Shown: positions 1 to 9,636 of the stretch, one piece after another
Layout of the letters: every line of letters begins with the position of its first letter
Position numbering within the stretch: position 1 is the first letter of the stretch
Source: an uncultured bacterium
GTDB lineage: Bacteria > Fidelibacterota > Marinisomatia > SCGC-AAA003-L08 > JACNLC01
Direction of reading: 5' to 3'
Length of the DNA stretch: 64,000 nucleotides
NCBI GenBank assembly: GCA_964527215.1
Contig: CAZGNZ010000017.1
Coordinates: forward strand, 1,610-65,609
Position numbers and translations under genes: made by a program
Notes under the pieces: generated by a model
What the model was told of the DNA's origin: nothing
Database searches by the model: none
Seen by the model: only the letters and a program-made list of their open reading frames with translations

Positions 1-801
1 ACCCTGGCCATCACCTACCACGGTGATATGGATGTCTCCGTTATCGATGAACTCCCCGGGAACCGCCAGCCCGTCACCACCCGGGTGGTGAAACCGGAAC
101 AGCTGCCGAAAGTGACGGAATTCGCCCGGAAGGAGCTGACTCGGGGCAGACAGGTTTTCGTGATATTCCCCCTGATTGATGATTCCGAAAATCTGGATTT
201 GAAAGCGGCGGAATCCGGTTATCAGCAGATGCAGAAGGAATTTGGCGATTTCTCTGTCGGCTTCATCCACGGCCGAATGAAACCGGAGCAGCGCGAAGAA
301 GTGATGCAGGCCTTCTCCCGGAACGACATCCATCTGCTGGTTTCCACCACGGTGGTGGAAGTGGGTATCGACATCCCCAATGCCACGGTGATGATTGTGG
401 AAAATGCAGAGCGGTTCGGACTGGCACAGCTGCACCAGCTGCGGGGCCGCATCGGCCGGGGAACGCATAAAAGCTGGTGCATTCTCATCCAGCGCAAAAG
501 AACCGAAGAATCCGACCGGCGTTTGAAAATCATGGCCCGGACCGCCAACGGGTTCGAGATATCCGACGAAGACTTGAAAATCAGGGGACCCGGAGAATTC
601 TTCGGCACCCAGCAGCACGGCTTCGCGCGATCCCGGCTGGTGGACCTGATCAACGATACCGCCATTATTCGACTGGCCCGGAAATCCGCATTCGATCTGA
701 TCGCAGACGACCCCCACCTTCGGAAATCCCGGAATAAGGGTATCCGGACTCATTTCATTCGCTATTACAAAGACCTGCTTGAATTCATAAATATTGATTA
801 A
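1..801 (+). CDS. recG: ATP-dependent DNA helicase RecG, C-terminal part (5' end lies outside the window)
   Basis: Frame 1 is open from base 1 (TLAITYHGDMDVSVIDELP...). It carries helicase C-domain motifs (VSTTVVEVGIDIPNATVMIVENAERFGLAQLHQLRGRIGRG) and the RecG TRG-type motif RGPGEFFGTQQHG. Confidence 0.9.
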   Translation, partial: TLAITYHGDMDVSVIDELPGNRQPVTTRVVKPEQLPKVTEFARKELTRGRQVFVIFPLIDDSENLDLKAAESGYQQMQKEFGDFSVGFIHGRMKPEQREEVMQAFSRNDIHLLVSTTVVEVGIDIPNATVMIVENAERFGLAQLHQLRGRIGRGTHKSWCILIQRKRTEESDRRLKIMARTANGFEISDEDLKIRGPGEFFGTQQHGFARSRLVDLINDTAIIRLARKSAFDLIADDPHLRKSRNKGIRTHFIRYYKDLLEFINID

Positions 802-996
802 AATTGAGGTCTGTATTTACGGTTGTTTTTTATTGAAACAATCCGGTATCAGGAAGTATGACTGATACCGCGACCGGCAAAGACATTGGATGACTTGTCA
901 GCCGAAGCACCATCAGGATTTACACATTTCAATTATCGCCGCCTGACCGGATGAAATCATCCCTCGTCAGGCCGGCGGATTAACCGGGGAATTATC

Positions 997-3795
997 TTGT
1001 TCTCAGATTACACCAAAATCAACCGCGTTCTGGCAGGACTGGCATTTCTGCTGTCCTTCATCATTTACATCACCACCATGGCGCCCACCACCTCTTTCTG
1101 GGATTGTGGAGAATTCATTGCCACTTCAGTGATAATGGGTGTTCCCCATCCGCCGGGAACCCCGCTGTTTCTGCTGATCGGGAATTTGTTTTCGAATCTG
1201 CCCACTTATGCCGACATCGGTGCCCGGGTCAATCTGATATCCCCCATCGCCAGTGCTCTGGCAGTGGCGTTGACCTACCTGATTGTGGTCATGTTGGTTG
1301 AAGAATGGCGCGGACCGGTGAAAAACCGTGCAGATGCCATCATTGCCTACAGTTCCGGTTTTCTGGCCGCCATGACGTTTGCCGTTACCGACTCTCACTG
1401 GTTCAATGCCGTGGAAGCGGAAGTGTATTCTCTTTCAACCTTCTTCACGGCCATCGTGGTCTGGCTGATCCTGCGCTGGGCCCGGAACGAAGGCAAAGCC
1501 GGCAATGTGCGCTACATTCTCATTATTGCCTACATCTTCGGTCTGGCCATCGGCATCCACCTGCTGAATCTCCTGGCCCTGCCGTTTATCGCACTCATCA
1601 TTTATTACAAAAAACACAAATTCACCCCCATCACCTTTCTGTATGTGGTGGGTTTGACCGGTCTGGTATTTCTGGTAATCTACCAGGGCATCATTAAGGG
1701 TCTGCCCTTTCTGGCGGATCAGTTCGGTCTGTGGGCACCCATTGCGGCCATTGTTCTGGTTTTTGCTGGGGCGGCCTGGTCTATCTGGCAGCAGAAATTT
1801 TTCACCGCTACCATCTTTGCATCACTGGTATTGATTCTGATGGGATTTTCAACCTACACCACCATATTTATCCGGGCCAACCAGCGACCGGCCATCAATG
1901 AAAACAATCCTGACACCTTTGAACGGGCCGTAAAGTACATGAACCGTGAACAGTACGGCGAGTGGTCCATCATTGACCGGTCCGCAACCCTGCAGCGTCC
2001 GGAATGCTCCTACTGGAAGCGCTATACGCTGAACCGCGCCAATCCGTCCTCAAAAGAAGTATTCAATTTCTTCTGGGAATATCAGGTCAAGGAAATGTAC
2101 ATGCGGTACTTTGCCTGGCAGTTTGTGGGCCGGGGAGATTTCAACTGGCCGGTGGTGAATTTGAAAGGCACTCTGATCAAATACAAGGAGGGTATCAATC
2201 TCTGGAGGTACGGACTGCCGCTGGCCTTTTTACTGGGTCTGTACGGCATGATCAATCACCTGGCAATTCTGGACCGGAAAAGGGGGCTGGCCGTTCTGGC
2301 CCTGTTTATTATGACGGGCCTTCTGATAGTGGTGTATCTGAACCAGTATGATCCTCAGCCGCGGGAGCGGGATTATTCATACGTGGGCAGTTTCTTTGCG
2401 TTTTCGCTCTGGATCGGAGTGGGCATTGCCGACATCCTCCAACGGCTTCAGAAACTGAAATTCGGTTCGGATCAGCTGCGAAGCGCTGCATCGCTGGCTG
2501 TGGTGGGGCTGCTGCTGATTCTGATGCCTGTCCGAATGCTGGCCGAAGATCACCACGAACATGACCGAAAGGGTAATTTCGTCGCCTGGGACTATGCATA
2601 CAACATGCTGAACAGCTGCGAACCCAATGCCATTCTGTTTACCAATGGCGACAATGATACTTTTCCGCTCTGGTATCTTCAGGAAGTCCGCGGTATTCGC
2701 AAGGATGTGCGCGTGGTAAACCTGAGTCTGCTGAACACAACATGGTATGCCTACCAGCTGCGGGACGACGCCCCCCGCATACCGTTGAAAATGAGCGATA
2801 AGGATATCGATCAGCTGATGCCCATTCCCTGGGAGAGCAAGGATATTTCCATTTTCGGTGTGAATAAAAAAGACGAGAAAATGGTGTGGCGTCTTGATCC
2901 TACCTTCATGGGCAGATATCTTCGGGTTCAGGATCTGATGATCTATCGGATCATCAAGGATGTGAAATGGGAACGCCCCATTTATTTTGCGGTCACTGTC
3001 TCACCAGACAATCAGATCGGGCTGGATAAATATCTCCAGATGGAAGGTCTTGTGTACCGGGTCAATCCCACCCAGGTGCCGGAGGTCAATTACGACCGCA
3101 TGAAGCAGCTGATCACTCAGACTGATGATTTAACCGAGATCATTGAAACCGCTGAAGACTGGGAACAAAAGGTTGCCGACGGCGGGGGAATTTACCGATA
3201 TCGGAACCTGGACAACAGCGATGTGTTTTTCAGTCATAATGTTCTGCGGCTGATCCAGAACTACCGGTCCGGATTTCTGCGTCTGGCATTGGACAATGTC
3301 TATTCCCAGCGGCCGGACCGGCAGGAAGCCACCTACCGTCTTCTGAAGGAAATGGACCGCTATTTCCCCACTGAAACACTGCCAATCAACAATCCTGATC
3401 TGGAAATTCAAATTGCCCGAATGTACAAGGAAGCCGGTGATTTGGAGGAGTTTGAAAAACGGCTCTGGAGCATTCTTGAATACCCGGGTCTGGGTCTTGA
3501 TATCATGTACTATATCGGTCAGATGTTCATCAACGATCTCAACGATCCGCTTGCCGCTGTCAAGGTATTCAAACCTCTGCATGCCAATCCGGAATACGCC
3601 GGCTACTTTGAAATTATGATTGCGCTGGTCCATGCCTATGCCCAGGCCGGTGAAGCGGACAGTGCTCAGACAGTTCTGGAAAACTGGCTGATGCTGAACC
3701 CCAACGACAAGGAAGCCCGGGAAATGCTGGATCTGCTGATGAGAGAACGGGGGTCGCTGGATCAGAATCCGCAGTCCGATGACCCCATCCAGTGA
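997..3795 (+). CDS. DUF2723 / GT-C-fold membrane glycosyltransferase (TMEM260-like) with a C-terminal TPR-like domain
   Basis: A 932-aa polytopic membrane protein. The N-terminal signature is TTSFWDCGEFIA...GVPHPPGTPLF. The soluble C-terminus is helical-repeat-like. The TTG start follows the ORF track. Confidence 0.75.
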   Translation: MFSDYTKINRVLAGLAFLLSFIIYITTMAPTTSFWDCGEFIATSVIMGVPHPPGTPLFLLIGNLFSNLPTYADIGARVNLISPIASALAVALTYLIVVMLVEEWRGPVKNRADAIIAYSSGFLAAMTFAVTDSHWFNAVEAEVYSLSTFFTAIVVWLILRWARNEGKAGNVRYILIIAYIFGLAIGIHLLNLLALPFIALIIYYKKHKFTPITFLYVVGLTGLVFLVIYQGIIKGLPFLADQFGLWAPIAAIVLVFAGAAWSIWQQKFFTATIFASLVLILMGFSTYTTIFIRANQRPAINENNPDTFERAVKYMNREQYGEWSIIDRSATLQRPECSYWKRYTLNRANPSSKEVFNFFWEYQVKEMYMRYFAWQFVGRGDFNWPVVNLKGTLIKYKEGINLWRYGLPLAFLLGLYGMINHLAILDRKRGLAVLALFIMTGLLIVVYLNQYDPQPRERDYSYVGSFFAFSLWIGVGIADILQRLQKLKFGSDQLRSAASLAVVGLLLILMPVRMLAEDHHEHDRKGNFVAWDYAYNMLNSCEPNAILFTNGDNDTFPLWYLQEVRGIRKDVRVVNLSLLNTTWYAYQLRDDAPRIPLKMSDKDIDQLMPIPWESKDISIFGVNKKDEKMVWRLDPTFMGRYLRVQDLMIYRIIKDVKWERPIYFAVTVSPDNQIGLDKYLQMEGLVYRVNPTQVPEVNYDRMKQLITQTDDLTEIIETAEDWEQKVADGGGIYRYRNLDNSDVFFSHNVLRLIQNYRSGFLRLALDNVYSQRPDRQEATYRLLKEMDRYFPTETLPINNPDLEIQIARMYKEAGDLEEFEKRLWSILEYPGLGLDIMYYIGQMFINDLNDPLAAVKVFKPLHANPEYAGYFEIMIALVHAYAQAGEADSAQTVLENWLMLNPNDKEAREMLDLLMRERGSLDQNPQSDDPIQ

Positions 3796-3839
3796 ACCAA
3801 AACCAATCCCAATAACTGAGTAAACTTTTTGAGCTCTGC

Positions 3840-4886
3840 ATGAATCCCGCACCGCAGGTATCTGTTGTCATTCCGCATTTTAACGGATATGACATCCTTT
3901 CCGACTGTCTGGTGTCGCTGGCACGTTCCGGCTACGATGCACTGGAGGTCATTGTGGTGGACAACGCATCAACCGACGGCAGCGGTGAGAAGGTCAGAAA
4001 CGATTTTCCTGATGTTAAGGTCATCACTGCACCTGAAAATCTTGGATTTGCCGGCGGCTGCAATCTGGGGGCACGCTCCGCAGCAGGACCGTATCTTCTC
4101 ATCCTGAATAATGACACCATTCATGAACCCGGCTGGATACAGCCCCTGGTTTCCGCCCTGGAAGAGGATTCCTCGCTGGCAGCGGTGCAGCCGAAAATTC
4201 TGAACCGCCACCATCCGGGTCGGTTTGATTATGCCGGAGGGTCCGGAGGGATGCTGGATGTATTTGTCATTCCGTTTGCCAGAGGACGTATCATGGATTC
4301 CGTGGAACCTGACACGGGCCAGTACAACGACTGCTGCGATATATTCTGGGCATCCGGAACAGCTTTCCTGACACGATCTGAGCTGTTTCAGTCCCAGGGC
4401 GGATTTGATGAAATCCTGTTTGCCCATATGGAAGAAATCGACTACTGCTGGCGGCTTCAGCTCCAGGGATACCGTATCGCTGCAGTTCCGGCCGGCGTGG
4501 TTTACCATTTGGGCGGTGCCACTCTTCAGTATCAGTCCCCGTTTAAAACGTACCTGAACCACCGCAACAGCCTGATCCTGCTGCTGGGAAATTATGAATT
4601 CATGAATGCGGTGTACCTGGGTATCGGTCGGTTGGCAATGGAAGTGGTTTCATTTGCAAAAGAACTTGCAGTCGGACGGCCGCGCCATGCTGCCGCCCAT
4701 ATAAAAGCAGTTTACTTTATTGTGATTAAATGCGGTATCATATTCCGAAGACGACGGAGAATCCGGAAAATTCGCCGGATCAAGGACCGGGAACTGTTTC
4801 ACCGCATGTATCCCGGCAGTGTACTCATGAAATATTATGCTGAAGGAATACGGGAATTTTCTCAGCTAAACTATCGAATAAACTGA
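3840..4886 (+). CDS. Family 2 (GT-A) glycosyltransferase
   Basis: VSVVIPHFNG...VVDNASTDGS...LLILNNDT...FAHMEEIDYCWR is the typical GT2 / rhamnosyltransferase-like layout. Confidence 0.85.
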   Translation: MNPAPQVSVVIPHFNGYDILSDCLVSLARSGYDALEVIVVDNASTDGSGEKVRNDFPDVKVITAPENLGFAGGCNLGARSAAGPYLLILNNDTIHEPGWIQPLVSALEEDSSLAAVQPKILNRHHPGRFDYAGGSGGMLDVFVIPFARGRIMDSVEPDTGQYNDCCDIFWASGTAFLTRSELFQSQGGFDEILFAHMEEIDYCWRLQLQGYRIAAVPAGVVYHLGGATLQYQSPFKTYLNHRNSLILLLGNYEFMNAVYLGIGRLAMEVVSFAKELAVGRPRHAAAHIKAVYFIVIKCGIIFRRRRRIRKIRRIKDRELFHRMYPGSVLMKYYAEGIREFSQLNYRIN

Positions 4887-5029
4887 ATGATGATCCGGAC
4901 ACTGCATACCATTCCGGAAAAAACACCAACACACCAGAACGAGCCAGTCATTCCACTTCACCATCATGCATAAACATATGCTTAAAGGATAAGCAACCAA
5001 ACTGACAACCAAAAATATTTGGATAAATT

Positions 5030-6451
5030 ATGCTTGATACCAGACGTGAGGTCCGGCGGCTGTGGGGAAAACTGGAGTTTTCCTCTGTCCGGGCATTCAT
5101 CAAATTCACACTGACGCTTCTCATCAGTTACCTCATTGCCCTTGTACCGGATTATCAGGGGTTGTCGGAAGCCGGTCAGATGACTTTTTTCATTCTTCTT
5201 TCCGCTGCCGGCCTGTGGATCAGCGAGGCAATTCCGGCATTTTCCGTTGCACTGCTGGTGATTGCCATGGAAATATATATTCTCGGAAAGCCCGGCGGAC
5301 CATTTGCTGAATCCGCCAAGGACTGGGAACTGTTTGTTCAGCCTTGGGCCAGCCCGCTGATCTGGCTGTTTTTCAGCGGATTTGTTATGGCTTCTGCAGC
5401 TTCAAAAACCCGGCTGGACCGCTGGCTTGCACGTCATGTTCTGGGCTGGTTCGGCGGACGTCCCAGTCATGTACTGCTGGGTCTGATGATGATTACGTTC
5501 ACATTCTCCATGTTTATGTCCAATACTGCCACCGCTGCCATGATGATGGCGGTTCTGGCACCCATTGTCGGATCCATGGACAATCGTGATCCTTTTGGAA
5601 AAGCCATACTGCTTGGGGTTCCGTTTGCTGCCAACATCGGGGGCATGGGAACCATCATCGGCAGTCCGCCCAATGCCATTGCGGCCGGTTCACTGTCATG
5701 CACTCAGGTCAATTTTGCCACCTGGATGCTGTCCGGTCTGCCGCCGGCCCTGGTTCTTGCCGCCGTCGCGTATTTCTATCTGCTTCGAAAATATCCGTCT
5801 TTTACTGACTCGATTGATATCACGGCCCTTCAGGATCAGTCCTACCAGAGCGCTCAGCTGCCTAACTGGAAAAAACTGCTGGTGATGTTTGTATTCATTT
5901 TAACGGTGCTTCTGTGGATGACCGGTCCGCTGCACGGAATTCCCACAACGGTCGTGTCGTTTATTCCCATTACGGTGTTTTCCGTCGCCCGGGTCACATG
6001 TGTGGATGATATTCGCGGTCTGAGCTGGGAAGTTCTGCTGCTGATGACGGGAGGACTGTCACTGGGAGTGGCTGTCGCCAAAACCGGAGTGGCAGACTGG
6101 CTGGTTCAGATTCTGCCTATTTCAGGAATGGGATTGATTGCCCTGGCATTTACGTTTACCTATCTGGCAACCATCCTGTCAAATTTCATGAGCAATACAG
6201 CCGCTGCCAATATTCTTATACCGATCGGTGTGGCTGCCGGTGCCGGATGTCAGACCCAGGTGGTTATTGCCATCGCCCTGGGTGCCTCGGCCGCCATGTG
6301 CCTGCCGATATCCACACCGCCCAATGCCATTGCATATACTTCCGGGAAACTGCAGTCAAAGGATTTCGTCATTGGCGGAATCATCATCGGCCTGCTTGCT
6401 CCCATTCTGACCGTGCTGTGGTGTTCATTTGTCTGGGGCAAACTGCTGTAA
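5030..6451 (+). CDS. DASS/SLC13-family anion:Na+ symporter (sulfate or di-/tricarboxylate)
   Basis: A 473-aa polytopic protein with the two hairpin SNT motifs (FMSNTATAAMM and FMSNTAAANIL) and PPNAIA repeats. Confidence 0.85.
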   Translation: MLDTRREVRRLWGKLEFSSVRAFIKFTLTLLISYLIALVPDYQGLSEAGQMTFFILLSAAGLWISEAIPAFSVALLVIAMEIYILGKPGGPFAESAKDWELFVQPWASPLIWLFFSGFVMASAASKTRLDRWLARHVLGWFGGRPSHVLLGLMMITFTFSMFMSNTATAAMMMAVLAPIVGSMDNRDPFGKAILLGVPFAANIGGMGTIIGSPPNAIAAGSLSCTQVNFATWMLSGLPPALVLAAVAYFYLLRKYPSFTDSIDITALQDQSYQSAQLPNWKKLLVMFVFILTVLLWMTGPLHGIPTTVVSFIPITVFSVARVTCVDDIRGLSWEVLLLMTGGLSLGVAVAKTGVADWLVQILPISGMGLIALAFTFTYLATILSNFMSNTAAANILIPIGVAAGAGCQTQVVIAIALGASAAMCLPISTPPNAIAYTSGKLQSKDFVIGGIIIGLLAPILTVLWCSFVWGKLL

Positions 6452-6640
6452 ATCATTGATCCGAAATACCCAAACCAGTATTTGCAGAATATTTAGCACG
6501 GATACTTCATAAAGTATCGAAATGAGATGACGAAACCTGTTGATTATGCAGGGCTTGCCAAGAGATTTAAATCCGCCAGTTAACGGGTTCAGTGAAAGGT
6601 ACAATCGAGATAAAACTGTATTGTCGCGCATGTTCTTTTG

Positions 6641-6664
6641 GTCCTTTTCTTCGAAGAAAAGGAC
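6641..6664. repeat. Perfect 24-nt palindrome GTCCTTTTCTTCGAAGAAAAGGAC
   Basis: The sequence equals its own reverse complement. It is intergenic, about 190 nt downstream of the DASS gene, and has no flanking T-run. Confidence 0.9.
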
Positions 6665-6735
6665 TTCCAAATTCATGGACTCAAGTAAGGCAGATGTGCA
6701 GTTTGCATCTGATCAATACATGTATGGTTACTAAC

Positions 6736-6910
6736 CCGGATAATTCATGAGACTTCGTAGTGAGATGATGAAAATGATTGATTCTACAAGGCATATGAAG
6801 AAAAATGAGTGAAATCGTACTGGACAGTACGTTGAGAACATTTTTCGAGTATAACGCTGTAGAATTGAGCAGATCCATCATCGGAATAGATTTCTCATGA
6901 AATATTCGGG
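6736..6910 (-). mobile_element. MITE-like element, copy A (175 bp)
   Basis: Read on the minus strand it is 5'-CCCGAATATTTCATGAG...CTCATGAATTATCCGGG-3', with termini complementary at 15 of 17 positions. TTAG flanks both sides. It is about 95% identical to copy B at 47325-47499, which lies in the opposite orientation. Confidence 0.8.
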
Positions 6911-7075
6911 CTAATGAACGGATTATCAATAAAACGTTTTGTACGAATTTGAGGTCAAATATCGAGCGTAATTGAAAATCCGTCTGCTGACCGATGCTGG
7001 AGAATTGACCAGATCCATTATCGTCCGGAAAATGCGAAGCATTTTACGCATGGAAATTCTCATGAAATATTCGGA
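6911..7075 (-). mobile_element. MITE-like element, variant copy C (abuts copy A; left boundary approximate)
   Basis: It ends with the same terminal motif (CTCATGAAATATTCGGA at 7059-7075). Its interior aligns to the reverse complement of 21810-21948, apart from an extra segment of about 22 nt. Confidence 0.55.
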
Positions 7076-7095
7076 TCAGGGGCAGCTGCGGTGAT

Positions 7096-8271
7096 TCAGG
7101 GACTGAGGAGTGTTTCGGGAGCAGTATCCCGGATTTCACCATGTATGGCCTTTCGCAGATCCAGCAGCATTGTCACCGTCATCAGGGGAACATAGCCGTT
7201 TGCCTGAATGGCACGCTGAGTGTTTTCCACCACTTCCAGACACTCGCTCCAGCAGGCATCGGGGAATCGGACCAGCAGTTTTTCATATCTGGGTGCAAAA
7301 TCCCTGAATACCAGATGGTCTTCTGCCGCATTTCGTTCGGCAACCATCAGGTCCCGGAAAAAGAAACCGGCAATCCTGAAAATATTACCCAGTTCATATA
7401 TTCCGCTTTTCTTGCGCGTCCCGATATCCCTGATCAATTTCTGCCAATCTTTTGGATCCGATCTGAAAACTGTTCGGGCGAACAGTTCGACATCGGTAAA
7501 CATTTTTTTCTGATCCTGCACGATGCGCAGCGCCATTCGAATATCTCCTCCGGAAATGTGGGCAGCGGTGCGGGACTGATCAGCGTCTTTTCCCTGACGT
7601 ATCAGATACTCGGTGATTTCACTTTGCTTAAGGGGCGGAAAATAAAACGGCAGGCACCGGGATTTTATGGTGTCCAGGATTTGGTCAATCCGCGATGTAA
7701 CCAGTACAAAAACAGTGTTGGGGGGCGGTTCTTCAAGTATTTTCAGAAGGGCATTGGCTGCTTCCGGCTGCGGGATACACAATTTTTCAGCATCGAAAAT
7801 CAGTATTGCTTTCCATCCCCGATCCGCATGAGACATATAAATACGACGGCGAAGATCCCTTATGGAGTGAATCAGAATGGTATTGGCATTCTCCATCTCT
7901 ATTTTATAATAGGGATTCTGGCTCATTGATTCCATCTTACTGCGCAGTGCCTGTATCTCTTTGCTGCTGAGTCCCTTGAGGGGGGAATCCTCCGGACTCA
8001 GCTCCTTCCGACTGCGCGGAAGAGGCAAAATCAGTTCCACGTTGCCGTGCTGAAAACTGCTCACCTTGCTGCATCCTGGGCAGACCCCGCAAGCACCGTT
8101 CTCATCCGGTTGGTCACAGTTCACCAGCGCTGCAACCTCCAGAGCATACGCCTCCTTACCGGTTCCATGAGGACCGTAAAACAGCAGAGCATGGCTGAAT
8201 TTACGGTTGTGCCAGCTGGCCAATAGCAGTTTCCAGATGCGTGTCTGCGGAATCAAGTCTGAATAAATCAT
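7096..8271 (-). CDS. holB: DNA polymerase III delta' subunit (clamp-loader AAA+)
   Basis: It has GPHGTGKE, the Zn module CDQPDENGACGVCPGCSK, and the SRC motif (IKSRCLPFYF). Confidence 0.85.
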   Translation of the reverse strand: MIYSDLIPQTRIWKLLLASWHNRKFSHALLFYGPHGTGKEAYALEVAALVNCDQPDENGACGVCPGCSKVSSFQHGNVELILPLPRSRKELSPEDSPLKGLSSKEIQALRSKMESMSQNPYYKIEMENANTILIHSIRDLRRRIYMSHADRGWKAILIFDAEKLCIPQPEAANALLKILEEPPPNTVFVLVTSRIDQILDTIKSRCLPFYFPPLKQSEITEYLIRQGKDADQSRTAAHISGGDIRMALRIVQDQKKMFTDVELFARTVFRSDPKDWQKLIRDIGTRKKSGIYELGNIFRIAGFFFRDLMVAERNAAEDHLVFRDFAPRYEKLLVRFPDACWSECLEVVENTQRAIQANGYVPLMTVTMLLDLRKAIHGEIRDTAPETLLSP

Positions 8272-9518
8272 TTTTTACTCAGCCAGTGCTCTGGATTGAA
8301 TTTTTCATTTTCACCCCATACTTCAAAATGGAAATTTGCAGCACCGCCGTTGGCGATTTCGGTCTTGCTGACTTTTGCGATGAGCATCCCTGATTTCACA
8401 TATTCCTTCTCTGTAACCTGAATCTGATCTACATTGGCATACACGGTATGATAGCCGGAACCGTGCGAAATGATGATCACCTGCTTATATCCGTGCAGAA
8501 AACTGACACGGGATACGATACCATCCAAAACGGTGACAATATCAGAACCGGGTGCAGCTTTCAGGTCGATACCGGGATTTTCGGTTTTTGTTTTCAGGGC
8601 TTCATTGTACTGAATACCGTATTGGTTGACAATTTGCCCGGATACCGGCCAAGGCAGTCTGCCGCGCAAGTCCTTGAAATTTCCTTCCGTGGCCATCTGC
8701 TGAGCTTCACGGATTCGGACCAGTTCCGCCTCGTATTCCTGAGCGGAGGATTTATCTTTCAACAGCTGTTTGATGAGGTTTTCAAGCTCTGCAACCATCT
8801 GTTTTTTTGAGTTCAGCTGTTTTTCAAGGCCTGATTTTTCAGATTCCAGTTGTTTCTTAAAAGTATCCCGCCGGGCTTTGTCAGCAACCATGTTTTCGTT
8901 TTCCCGGTTTTTTTCATCCCGCAGCTTTTGAACATTCACCAATTCCTGATTGTATGATTCCGTTTCTGCCTCCAGCTCCTGAACGGTCTGTTCAATGTGA
9001 TGCATCAGGGTATCTTTATGGCGATTGATGGATTCAAGATATTTTACCCGATAAACCATATCATCCCAGTTTTCTGACAGGAGCAAAATTTCCAGAAAGG
9101 TGGGTTTACCGGATTTATAGAGATAGACAACCACATCACGCAGTTTCAGCTGCAGCGAGGACAGGCTGCCGTTTTTTTCCTCAATGGCATTCTGCGTGAT
9201 CTCTATCTGATCCCGAATCAGTCTCTCCTCCCGACTGAGAGACCGGACCAGTTTCTCGGTCAATTGGATTTTGTGATCAAGATCACGAATAATGCTTTCC
9301 ACAGAATAGGCGGCCCGTTCCTTTTCCTGAATCTGCCGCTCAAGCTGCTGAACTTCCGCTCTCAGGCTGATAAGATCGGTGTGCTGATGATCAATATCTT
9401 TCTGGATTTCCCAGGATGCCCGGTGTTCCTGATTCCAAACCAGGGTCAGACACAGCAGACAAAAAATGAAGTAAATAAATTTTTGCATCGTTAACCAGAC
9501 AAAATTAGCAATATCCAT
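8268..9518 (-). CDS. EnvC-like coiled-coil protein with a degenerate LytM/M23 domain (murein hydrolase activator type)
   Basis: It has a signal/TM segment, then a long coiled coil, then a C-terminal M23 fold. The metal ligands are degenerate: NPGIDL replaces HxxxD and NFHFE replaces HxH. Its end overlaps the holB start by 4 nt. Confidence 0.75.
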   Translation of the reverse strand: MDIANFVWLTMQKFIYFIFCLLCLTLVWNQEHRASWEIQKDIDHQHTDLISLRAEVQQLERQIQEKERAAYSVESIIRDLDHKIQLTEKLVRSLSREERLIRDQIEITQNAIEEKNGSLSSLQLKLRDVVVYLYKSGKPTFLEILLLSENWDDMVYRVKYLESINRHKDTLMHHIEQTVQELEAETESYNQELVNVQKLRDEKNRENENMVADKARRDTFKKQLESEKSGLEKQLNSKKQMVAELENLIKQLLKDKSSAQEYEAELVRIREAQQMATEGNFKDLRGRLPWPVSGQIVNQYGIQYNEALKTKTENPGIDLKAAPGSDIVTVLDGIVSRVSFLHGYKQVIIISHGSGYHTVYANVDQIQVTEKEYVKSGMLIAKVSKTEIANGGAANFHFEVWGENEKFNPEHWLSKK

Positions 9519-9636
9519 CCAAGTTTTGGGATGCTTTTCCGCTGGCCTTGTTAAAGGTCAAATCTGACCAAAACGTTTATACAATACTCGTACTTATCTG
9601 ATACAATTTTCTTGTACAGCTGCCCCGGCAGAGCGC

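Noticed and set aside
938-980. Hairpin CGCCGCCTGAC...GTCAGGCCGGCGG just upstream of the DUF2723 gene, considered as a riboswitch or attenuator.
   Set aside because: It is a single imperfect stem with no alternative pairing, no conserved motif I recognise, and no T-run. There is not enough evidence to call it a regulatory element.
6681-6929. The similar 82-85-aa 'proteins' at 6681..6929 (-) and 47252..47509 (+), and the ORFs 21675..21971 and 21888..22169.
   Set aside because: The similarity is nucleotide-level MITE or repeat identity. The ORFs cross element boundaries into unrelated flanks and have no domain signature.
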